Below, piece by piece: positions 12,008 to 21,036 of a DNA stretch of 63,146 bases. This stretch comes from Veleropilina oligotropha (lineage: Eukaryota), in contig JBEUKZ010000107.1 of NCBI GenBank assembly GCA_048128005.1, positions 558,001-621,146 on the forward strand, read 5' to 3'. Within the stretch, counting starts at the first letter, position 1. Each line of letters begins with the position of its first letter. Below the pieces are notes generated by a model. It saw nothing but the letters and a program-made list of their open reading frames with translations. It was not told the DNA's origin and did no database searches. Both the position numbers and the translations under genes were made by a program.

Positions 12008-14066
12008 TGATGGTCCCAGCTGCCCGCTTCTGCCGGTGGGAGCGTGTCTGTTAGCGTACAGCCAGCCGTGGCTAGAACTAACAGACAGCAGCTGGGTCCA
12101 CTCAGTCGTGAGTGCCGGATACAAGTTGGCATTCAACCGGCATCCGACCCTAACCGAGGCACCACCATCAAGCCGCGCTCGCCCTCTGCAAGGCGAGAAA
12201 CAAGCGGTCTTAGACCAGGCAGTGCGGGACTTACTCCTCAAAGGAGCGATATATCCCGCGCCGCCCAGCACACCAAGATTTTACAGCCATTTCTTCCTGG
12301 TCCCGAAACCCGATGGCCGCTGGCGACCGATCCTCGATCTCTCGTATCTCAACCGATATCTTCGCACCGAGAAATTCCAGCAAGAAACCCTCTCGAAGAT
12401 ACGAGCGGCCATCCGTCCGGGCGACTGGGCAGCGTCTATCGATCTGACCGACGCGTATCTGCATGTCCCGATGCATATCACGGCTCATCAGTACCTTCGG
12501 TTTATACACGGGGAGACGATCTACCAATTCAGGTGCCTACCGTTCGGTCTATCGTCAGCCCCGTACGTCTTCACGAGAACAGTACAGGCCCTCTGAGCCT
12601 TCCTACACTCTCTAGGGCACAGGGTACATATATACCTCGACGACTGGCTGATCCTCGGGGCGTCCCGGGATCTGTGCCACCGGTCTACGAGCTTCACCCT
12701 GTCATCGGCGAAGCGACTGGGATTTCAGATCAACGAGACAAAATCCTGCTTCGTACCCTCCAAGACGTTTACGTTTCTCGGAGTCGACTTCGATACGGTC
12801 CGGTACACCGCGAAACCGACCCAGAAACGTATACGGAACCTTCGCGCGGTTATTCAAGACACCCTGTCATCGGAGATAACTACGGCGCGACAACTGGCCA
12901 CTGTCCTGGGGCACATCGAGTCGGTAGCGACCCTGCTACCGACGGGTCGAATGGACAAACGACCGTTACAACAGGCGTTCAGAGATCGCTGGATACAACG
13001 GACGGGGCAGTGGACGGATCGTATCGATCTTCGGCATTGGTTTACCCGCACGACAGCAGTGTGGTTGAACCCTGCTTTGCCGAACCAGTCGGTTCCTATA
13101 TCCCCGCCAGAGCCGAACGCTTACCTGTTCACAGACGCTTCGAACGACGGCTGGGGTGGTCACCTCGACAGTTACAAGACATCGGGCCTATGGCCGATGG
13201 ACCTTCAGGGACGACACATAAACTACCTACAGCTAGAAGCGGTCTACCTGACAGTACGGTCCCTCTCGTCGCATCTCCGCAACAAGCATATAATGCTCGC
13301 CACGGGCAATACGACTGTCGTCGCATACATTCAACACCAGGGCGGCACTCGCTCGCGTCCCCTTTGCGACCGAGCAATCGACCTACACCGCCTAGTGATG
13401 TCCCTCAACTCGACGATACGAGCAAGACACATCCCGGGAAAGCTGAATGTCAGAGCGGACTCGCTCTCTCGGAAATCACAGATTATACACACAGAGTGGA
13501 CGCTACACAGCCGAGTAGCTCGGGACGTTTGTCGCCGGTGGTCACAACCACAAGTCGATCTGTTTGCAACAGAATTCAATCACCGACTACCTCTGTATGT
13601 CTCCCCGTACCCGGACCCGGCCGCCCTAGCGGTCGACGCGCTGTCAATGACATGGGAGAATCTGTCCGCGTATGCCTTCCCCCCGTCGTGCATCCTGACA
13701 CTCGTACTACAGAAGGCATCGAACGAATGTTGCGAAATAACGCTAATCGCGCCCCTGTATCGCACGCAACCTTGGTTTCCGACCCTCCTCGATCTGATCG
13801 TCGATCGACCGTTAGCGCTCCCGCAGAGACCGGACCTGTTAATGCAGGCGCGCAGTCGTGTATTACACCCGTCGCCGAACGACTTACGTTTACACGCCTG
13901 GCGGTTATCGAACGATCCCTCGCTAAGAAAGAATTTTCTCGCGCTACAGCCCTACGCATCTACCGATCGAGAAGGCTTTCCACGTCTAAAGTATACGACT
14001 ACCGATGGGTCAAATACGTGGATTGGTGTCACAGCCGGCAGGTCAATATTCGGCGCCCCCCTGTGA
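12008..14066 (+). pseudogene. DIRS copy B pol: reverse transcriptase, RNase H and Dam-like methyltransferase domain, with one in-frame TGA (12594-12596)
   Basis: RT motifs incl. LPFGLSSAP and YLDD; RNase H FTDAS..GWG and HIPGKLNVRADSLSR; MT-like VDLFA...DAL...W...YAFPP. One frame throughout; start coordinate approximate. Confidence 0.92.
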
Positions 14067-14977
14067 ACAAATTTATCGAGTTTCTATCGTCGCTCTTTGA
14101 ACGGGGAATGTCAGTGTCCGCCGTCAAAGGCTATCGGGCAACGGTCGCGACCACGTTAAAACAGTGCCGTGCCCGTGTTAGCCTGTCTAGCGACCGAACG
14201 ATTTCGGATTTTATACGATCCTACGAACTCGAAATTCCGACCCGCACGATACGGCCGCCAGCCTGGAACATCGTTCTCGTACTTAACGCTCTACTTACAC
14301 ATCCATACGAGCCTATGTGCTCGGCTTCTATGAGAAATTTAACGCACGAAACGGTTTTTCTTATCGCCTTAGCGTCGGGCAGGCGTTGTTCCGAAATTCA
14401 TAGTCTATCCGCAGAGCTACGAGACGTTCGTTTCCAGTCAGACGGGTCGGTGATGCTGCGTCCTATCTTGGGCTTTCTCGCCAAGAATCAACGGCCGAAC
14501 GAGGACGCCCCTGATATCATTATCCCCAAGCTTACGCTTGTCGGAAGACACGATGTGGACCGTTTAAACTGTCCTGTGCGCGCCTTACGTTCCTACCTCG
14601 ACAGGACCCGTGATATGCGGCAGGGAAAACTACGACTATTTATTTCGTACTTACCTTCCTATACCCGCGACATTACGAAGACGACTGTTTCGCGGTGGAT
14701 TTCACAGGTGGTGAGAGACGTGTACTCTCGCTGTGAAACTGTAGACCGCATGGTTGTTTCGGTTCGTGCGCACGAGGTCCGTGCTATTGCAGCTTCCATC
14801 GCCTTCCGACACAGTTTAAACATTTCAGCGTTGGTACAGGCAGGTTGCTGGAAGAGTCCAAATGTCTTTGTTAAACATTACCTGCGGGATTATTCCACTG
14901 GGGCTGACGGGTTGAGCAGCCTGCAATGTGTAGCTGCTCAACGATGTATTATTAGACAACGGTCGTCTAATCAGTAG
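12044..14977 (+). CDS. DIRS copy B tyrosine recombinase ORF (977 codons; 5' two-thirds overlaps pol)
   Basis: Catalytic residues in ALASGRRCSEI (R), HEVR (HxxR) and GCWKSPNVFVKHY (W, Y); frame is uninterrupted; true start unknown. Confidence 0.9.
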   Translation: MSVSVQPAVARTNRQQLGPLSRECRIQVGIQPASDPNRGTTIKPRSPSARRETSGLRPGSAGLTPQRSDISRAAQHTKILQPFLPGPETRWPLATDPRSLVSQPISSHREIPARNPLEDTSGHPSGRLGSVYRSDRRVSACPDAYHGSSVPSVYTRGDDLPIQVPTVRSIVSPVRLHENSTGPLSLPTLSRAQGTYIPRRLADPRGVPGSVPPVYELHPVIGEATGISDQRDKILLRTLQDVYVSRSRLRYGPVHRETDPETYTEPSRGYSRHPVIGDNYGATTGHCPGAHRVGSDPATDGSNGQTTVTTGVQRSLDTTDGAVDGSYRSSALVYPHDSSVVEPCFAEPVGSYIPARAERLPVHRRFERRLGWSPRQLQDIGPMADGPSGTTHKLPTARSGLPDSTVPLVASPQQAYNARHGQYDCRRIHSTPGRHSLASPLRPSNRPTPPSDVPQLDDTSKTHPGKAECQSGLALSEITDYTHRVDATQPSSSGRLSPVVTTTSRSVCNRIQSPTTSVCLPVPGPGRPSGRRAVNDMGESVRVCLPPVVHPDTRTTEGIERMLRNNANRAPVSHATLVSDPPRSDRRSTVSAPAETGPVNAGAQSCITPVAERLTFTRLAVIERSLAKKEFSRATALRIYRSRRLSTSKVYDYRWVKYVDWCHSRQVNIRRPPVNKFIEFLSSLFERGMSVSAVKGYRATVATTLKQCRARVSLSSDRTISDFIRSYELEIPTRTIRPPAWNIVLVLNALLTHPYEPMCSASMRNLTHETVFLIALASGRRCSEIHSLSAELRDVRFQSDGSVMLRPILGFLAKNQRPNEDAPDIIIPKLTLVGRHDVDRLNCPVRALRSYLDRTRDMRQGKLRLFISYLPSYTRDITKTTVSRWISQVVRDVYSRCETVDRMVVSVRAHEVRAIAASIAFRHSLNISALVQAGCWKSPNVFVKHYLRDYSTGADGLSSLQCVAAQRCIIRQRSSNQ

Positions 14978-15777
14978 GCAAGTATTTTGTCTTGATTGAT
15001 CAATTTAATACTTCGTGCTGATGCAATGTTATTGTTATGCCTAGGTGTTACTATGTAAACACATTATGAGGCGGTTCAATTTATGTTCATTTCTTAAAAA
15101 CATTTTAAGATCTTGATACTTTCATGTCATACCTGAGTATTTTGACAGGCCAGTTCACATTGAATTTAATAAACATTTATATTGCTAAAAATCTTATAGG
15201 ATTTTGAGGTTCAATATTATTGGTGTTCTATGCTGTTATGGAACATACGATGTTCAAGACATTGAAGCAATTTTAATGTTTGCTTCCTTAAAATTTATTT
15301 TAAGTAACATGTACTCATGTTAGCTTTTCGCAAGTTGGTCATGCTAATTACTTATTAATATCGATTATTTATTTAATCTATTAATTCTCTGCTTAAGATT
15401 TGATGTCATCACAACCTAACTATTAGGTTCCGTGTGCCTACAAATCCGACTGCTTCCTCTGGCTACCGACCGATGGTCCGGAGTACCAGTTGGCTGCCAC
15501 TGGTCCATGACACGTAAGACCTACAGGGATCTTCCTTCCGGCCGTGCCTGGGGCTGATTGCACTTCCGTTCACCTTGTCCGACTAACACCATGGCGTATT
15601 CTCCCGGTAACACTGGTCAAAATTCTCGCCTGGTAAGAGTAGAATATAATACTCAGCAGATTCCACTCTGAGCGGACACAATCGTCGCTTCAAGCTGATT
15701 GATATGGTGAAAAGTAAGTCATAATCTTGTTTGGGATTATTGTAAGGGACTTCTTACCCACCTATCCAAGGTCATTC

Positions 15778-15867
15778 TGGCAAGTGTAAGGACGTAAGTA
15801 AGTTTGTAACTACATATGAGGTTTTTAAGTAAACCTAATATTAGTTAAAACATACTTACGTCCTTAC
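15778..15867 (+). repeat. DIRS copy B internal complementary region (ICR)
   Basis: Reverse complement of the left LTR start joined to the reverse complement of the right terminal extension. Confidence 0.95.
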
Positions 15868-17321
15868 TACGATTACCCACCCTGCGCTTCGCATTCCTCC
15901 CCTCTTACTAAGTTCCTTTGGGGTTCTGAACTTTGAATTGAGGCCTTGTGACCTTGAGCTCGGACATCTCGCGAGACTTGGCGAGATCTCGCCGGGGGAA
16001 CTTAGAGAGGGGGAGCAGGGGAGGTAATCGTAGTGTTTTGACTTAATAGTGCATAAAATGTGACATTATTCACTGTTTCCGGTTAGCGATAATATGACTA
16101 TTATGGCAAGTGTAAGGACGTAAGTATGTTTTAACTAATATTAGGTTTACTTAAAAACCTCATTTTCACACTGTAATAAATTCCTACGTTTCATAAATAA
16201 TGCTGCTAATTACTCTTATTTGAGTCTTGTCAAACATACTTCAAGTAATAAAAATATTGCAGGCATTCTAACTTGTATTTCATCAGAAATATATCGACAG
16301 AAATGTCGGCAGGGAGTAAATATTATATCCTCACGCAACTATATATTGCTGTACGAATGACAACATGGTGACATTTATCTCTATTATCGATGTAATATAT
16401 TGCAAAAATAAACATTTGTACATCCATTAATATTTATTGTTCTTAGTTATTTGATAGTTATTCCGCAGTCATAGGTTAATGCATAACGCATAATAAGCCC
16501 TCCCTTAGCATGACCCCGTATATGTCGCGATGTCAAGCCATTATTATATGTTTCATGGAGGCATGTAAAAACAAGCGACACTGCATAAAACAACAACAAC
16601 TTCATTACAACAACAACTATACATGTTTGTGGCCAATAAATGTTAATTCAGACAGTAAAATTACAATACACCTGTAAACTGTATTTTCCTATTGTAATTT
16701 GCAGGAAAATGACATGCGACCTATTAAAGGCTAATTACTAAATTAGGCTGTCTGTGAATGCGACTTTGCCAATCAGGAAAAATTCCAAATCCAACAAAAA
16801 TATTTTTTTATACCAACATGTCGAAAAAAATGTCTTATTATTAACCGAAAATGACTATTTTACTATCTTATTAACAGACATATTTTATACTTGAATAATA
16901 GTAAACGGTTCTGTGTTTGACAATTTTATGCTAATAAGCGAATATCTTAATAACAGGTACCGGTATCTTATTAAGTGGAATCGTCTGTAATACAATTGTG
17001 TACCGTTTTCGATTTATTATATATTGTTTGCTATACCGATCAGGTAATATACTGTGGCTCATAAAATTCAAAAGTGGCGAAAGAAAATTGAAAGTGGCGA
17101 AAGTGGTGGCGAAACTTTTTCAGAACCCAGGCCCATCCCTGGATAGGGTCCACCATAGGATCGCTCATCCTTAAATATGATTGGAGTCTGAAAGCGGATC
17201 TGGATTTTATGACGCCATTTCCCATTCCCATTTCCGCTTTTTCCTTGCCACTGGGGCGAAGGTTTGCAATCTTGGATTGCATTGTTAATGTTATATTTTG
17301 TTGCTATTTGTTTTTGTTCAG

Positions 17322-17429
17322 GGCCCCTGTTGCTGTGGGAACAGCAGTGCTGTCCGGGAGCGACATGTACTCGGTTGCTCTGAGAGGAAAGGGCGTGAAC
17401 ACAGTACACGTGATGGGGGACGAACTATG
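17322..17429 (+). CDS. EIF2D: eIF2D exon (APVAVGTAVLSGSDMYSVALRGKGVNTVHVMGDELW)
   Basis: ttgttcag| acceptor and |gttagt donor; 108 nt, phase 2-2; end of the PUA domain. Confidence 0.93.
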
Positions 17430-17873
17430 GTTAGTGCATATCATTAATGACCTACGTCGTGTTACATTATTGCGTAACTGCATTTAATTGATACAAATAT
17501 TTTATAAAATAATATAATTATATGCTCAAACTTTTGTCAATTTATATATTATTGTAACGTTAATCTCTTAACCTTGATATGAACTAGGCTCTTTAAAATA
17601 GATGAAGAATAATTTGGGAGCGATGAATAACCCTGCTTTATGACCGATTCTGAGCGTTATCAAGGCGCTTTGTATTGAAACTTTCGTGTAGTTTAGATAG
17701 CTCTGTATTCTCTGTGACGCATTCTATATCACGGTATGCCTTCAAAGTCTTGACTATTTTAGCCTCTATGGAATCGATTGCTGCTTAAAAGTCAATGAAA
17801 GTCAGTACTGCCAAGAGGTTATTTGTGTCCGTCTCTATGATATCCCATAGAGACAATGATTTTCTTCTCTCTG

Positions 17874-17950
17874 AAGCTATCGCCTCGGGGTTTAATGTCA
17901 AACGGTGTACAACGTACCGTATACTACCGCAAAATCGCTCGACAGCTTAT
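17874..17950 (-). mobile_element. Remnant arm and half apex of the same hairpin-element family as 25708
   Basis: Reverse complement aligns with 25708-25782. Confidence 0.7.
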
Positions 17951-17970
17951 AATGTTCTCCGTCTTTCCAG

Positions 17971-18266
17971 GTTGTTTGGAGATAAATCTTTACCTCCTGA
18001 ACTTGGAGATAATGATATTGACTCGGAAACTGAAGATGGTGCTACACGTTTAACCAAAGATGATGAATCATCGAATGATTCACCCCTCTTACCAGGTCTG
18101 AACATGTTGAAGATTGACGACGGGGTATCTATAGTGAAAAAGATGAATTGGGAAACGACTAATGGCGGTGGTGATATTGGTGAGGCGAGCGACGAAAAGT
18201 TGATGGAATTAGGCGCTATCGGTGGAGTGGATGCTGAAAACACAGGAGTTGACGAGATGACAAAAG
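17971..18266 (+). CDS. EIF2D: eIF2D exon, acidic linker (LFGDKSLPPELGDND...)
   Basis: ctttccag| acceptor and |gtaaca donor; phase 2-1; frame open and fits both neighbours. Confidence 0.85.
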
Positions 18267-18293
18267 GTAACAGGATGTAGTGTACATTTTTCA

Positions 18294-19383
18294 TTATTGG
18301 CCCGCCTACTAGGCAGGGCTATAGTCGTCTGTCGGCATCAGCGTAGGCATCCGCTGATCGCTTTCTGTCACATAGAAGATGAACCGCTGGACGTACGCTT
18401 TTCATATTTGGTATACACATTGTATACCATCAGGCCTTGACTATGATCAAAGTTGGGGTCACTGGGTCAAAGGTCAAGGTCATTTCCGTGTATTTCCGTT
18501 CTGGACTTGATGATTGCTTTCTGTCACATAGAAGACGAACTGCTGGACCAACGCTTTTCATATTTGGCATACACCTTGTATACCATCAGGCCTTGCCTAA
18601 GTTCAAACATGGGGTCACTGGGTCAACGGTCAAGGTCATTTTTGTGTATTTCCGTTCTGGACTTAGGGTTGCTTTCTGTCAACTAGAAGATGAACCGCTG
18701 GACCTACGCTCTTCAGATTTGGTATACACCTTGTATGCCATGAGGCCTTGCCGTATTTCAAACATGGGGTCACTGGGTCATAGGTCAAGGTCATTTGTAT
18801 GTATTTCCGTTCTTGACTGGGAAGATTGCTTTCTGTCGCATAGAAGACAAACCGCTAGACCTACACCTGTCATATTTGGCATACACCTTGTGTGCCATTA
18901 AACCTTGCCTAAGTTCAAAGTTTGGGTCAAAGGTCAAGGTCATTTTCGTGTATTTCCGTTCTTGACTCTGAAGATTGCTTTCTGTCACATAGAAGACAAA
19001 CCGCTAGACCTACACCTTTGATATTTGGTATACACCTTGTGTGTCATCTGGCCTTGCCTAAGTTCAAAGTTGAAGTCACTAGGTCAAAGGTCAAGGTCAT
19101 TTTCGTGTATTTCCATTCTGGACTTGCAATATCCCTTTCTGTCACATTGAAGACGAACCGCTAGATCTACATCTTTCATATTTGATATGCACCTTGTGTG
19201 CCATCAGGCCTTGCCCAAGTTCAAAGATGGGGTCACTGGGTTAAAGGTCAATGTCATATGAACTATTATAAAAATACTTTCTGACAGTTACTATGAAATT
19301 TGTTATAGAGTTATTGATTATTTAATCTCTATGGATGTATTATATACAAAAGGCCGGCCAGTATGAGGAGCATACCTCCAGTT
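18294..19383 (+). mobile_element. HINE-like element with about 140-bp internal tandem repeats
   Basis: 5' TTGGCCCGCCT vs 3' AGGCCGGCCAG plus small hairpin; about 6-7 units containing GGTCAAAGGTCAAGGTCA. Confidence 0.75.
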
Positions 19384-19385
19384 TT

Positions 19386-19586
19386 TTATGCCACCACCAA
19401 TTTATTGGGGTGGCATTTAGATTTTCTCTTGTCCGTCCCGTCCCGTCCGTCCCGAAACCAGTATTTGCGTGTAAGCAACTCCAATCTGCTATAACTTCTA
19501 TTTGCCTTCATGGATACTTTGTACACTGCCCCTATGGTCAAGGCTGCCAGTGGGGGAATTCGTGTCCGATGGACATATTTCTAGTT
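19386..19586 (+). mobile_element. Short HINE-like element
   Basis: TATGCCACC...GGTGGCAT head, GTCC microsatellite, 3' GTGTCC-GAT-GGACAT hairpin and CTAGTT end. Confidence 0.65.
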
Positions 19587-19892
19587 CATTTAAATGATGT
19601 CTTGGTCTCTCATGCCTTTTTACCTGTTATTGCAACCTCATACTAGCTACAGTGAATTCATGCATATCCACACTGTCAGGCATTGTACATTAGAGCCTTA
19701 TCTTACATTTTGACGCATTAATGCTATTTTTAGAGTACGTAGTAACTTCATAAGTTGCGCTGACCGTTTGTCCGTTCTAGATCAAATTCCAGAGGCGCGG
19801 CGCCCAATTTATGCAACAGCTCCTGTTAAAATTAAAATACTATGACATGGTTGTGGATGATTGTTGCTTTTAGACAAGTTCCATTTCATATG

Positions 19893-20150
19893 AGACCGCT
19901 CCGACAGTCTTGTGGTTCGGTTGTGAACTCCGAAAAATGACTGGCTTGATTCCGCTTACACGAACAGTAGTGGGTTCGAACCTCGGTTGGGACATGACAC
20001 TATTTGTTCAAGCTATGTCAATATGAGTCACAGTTGTCCATAACTTGTCGGAGAGGGCAGGTTCCCCTGGGTGACGTGACAATATGAACATGTCCTACTT
20101 TGAACTTAATGATGTTTGAAGTATACATGACATTAAGCAGTGATCCTTTC
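19893..20150 (+). mobile_element. Degenerate tRNA-derived SINE, same family as 24032-24295
   Basis: B-box GGTTCGAACC; colinear with the 24032 copy. Confidence 0.65.
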
Positions 20151-20222
20151 CTTTTACATTTCATATCATATTTGGTGAGTTCAGTGTTATGATTGTGATC
20201 CTTAGTATGCTTTGCTTTTAAG

Positions 20223-20340
20223 ATGCGATGGATGAGTTGTTGAGAAGCTGCTTCCTCGGTGCAATCAAGTTAAGTTTGTCGAAGTCTGATCTCCCGTTAT
20301 TGACGAGCAATTTCTTCAGGAATTACATGATTCCATTGTG
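20223..20340 (+). CDS. EIF2D: eIF2D exon (AMDELLRSCFLGAIKLSLSKSDLPLLTSNFFRNYMIPLC)
   Basis: MDELL..CFL..DLPLLTS motif of eIF2D; ttttaag| acceptor and |gtgagc donor; phase 1-2. Confidence 0.93.
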
Positions 20341-21036
20341 GTGAGCAGTGATTAATTATATAATTGACACAGTAATAGTGACATAATTTTTATCATAAAT
20401 TTCGTTAATGATAATCAGATATGAGAAATCATGTCATTACTATCACTTACACATTTTCTGTAATTGAATTTTGCTGTTTATAAAGAAAATTGCAGTAATA
20501 TTGAAGAAAATTTTATTCAAATTCTACGTCAAAATGCTACTTTAATTAGGACATAGCAAATACATCTTTGTGAGAGTTATGTCTCCCCATCCGAAGGATG
20601 AGAGAGACATATTGTTTTACACTCCGTTCTCCTCCTCCTCCTTCCTCACTTTTCTTGTCCGGGCTAGATCTCAGGTTCTATACATGCCAGCATTATTTCC
20701 TTTGGTATGTTCAATCGTCCAAGCATGCCATTGTGCTTTTTGAAAAAAGTTTGCGAAAACGACCTTTGACCTCAAAATCATGTTCGACCTAGTTCTCGGA
20801 GATGTCAAATTTTATCATTCTAATTTCTTTGTAAATGCATGACCCATTCGTCAGGCATGTGCAGGACGCTAAAATTTTGACCTCGAAATCATGTTCGACC
20901 TGGGTCTCGGAGATGTCAAATGTTATCCTTCTAATTTCTTTGTAGATGCATGACCCATACGTCAGGCATGTGCAGGACGCTAAAATTTTGCACTTTTGAC
21001 CTTTGATCTTGGCAGGAAATTTCCATACATGGGCAT

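Larger units (their letters stand above)
7468..16163 (+). mobile_element. DIRS1-type tyrosine-recombinase retrotransposon copy B, near full length
   Basis: Almost identical inverted LTRs (7468-7680 vs 15929-16163). The ICR reproduces the circle junction ...aaaacctcat|atgtagttac. Encodes gag, RT/RH/MT and YR; no TSD. Confidence 0.97.
7339..17141. mobile_element. hAT-like non-autonomous DNA transposon hosting DIRS copy B
   Basis: Imperfect 15-bp TIRs (CTGGGATCGGCCTGG / CAGGGATGGGCCTGG), subterminal TGGCGA/TCGCCA repeats at both ends, flanks gatagcac/gatagggt (partial TSD). Confidence 0.65.
6928..17286 (+). mobile_element. Helentron-associated (HINE/DINE-1-like) element split by nested insertions
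   Basis: 5' ACCTTCGCCC with a local inverted copy, GTCT/GTCC microsatellite and internal tandem units that resume at 17142. The 3' end has GGGCGAAGGT plus a TGCAATC-TTG-GATTGCA hairpin and ends in TTGTT. Confidence 0.8.

Noticed and set aside
11028..12596. 522-aa gag-pol fusion ORF or programmed frameshift
   Set aside because: The start lies in the LINE 3' UTR. The gag-to-pol join occurs at a C homopolymer (about 11810-11818) where copy A stays in the gag frame, so it is most likely an indel or sequencing error.
12594..12596. Programmed readthrough or selenocysteine TGA in RT
   Set aside because: Copy A has a Gly codon here, and a single G>T change explains the stop.
15690..15730. Hammerhead ribozyme (CTGATTGA...GAAA...GTC)
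   Set aside because: The core deviates from CUGANGA, the stems do not form, and the motif is not kept in copy A.
17795..17970. N-terminal extension of the 161-aa ORF as coding sequence
   Set aside because: It lies upstream of the splice acceptor in transposon-derived intron; only 17971-18266 fits the eIF2D exon chain.
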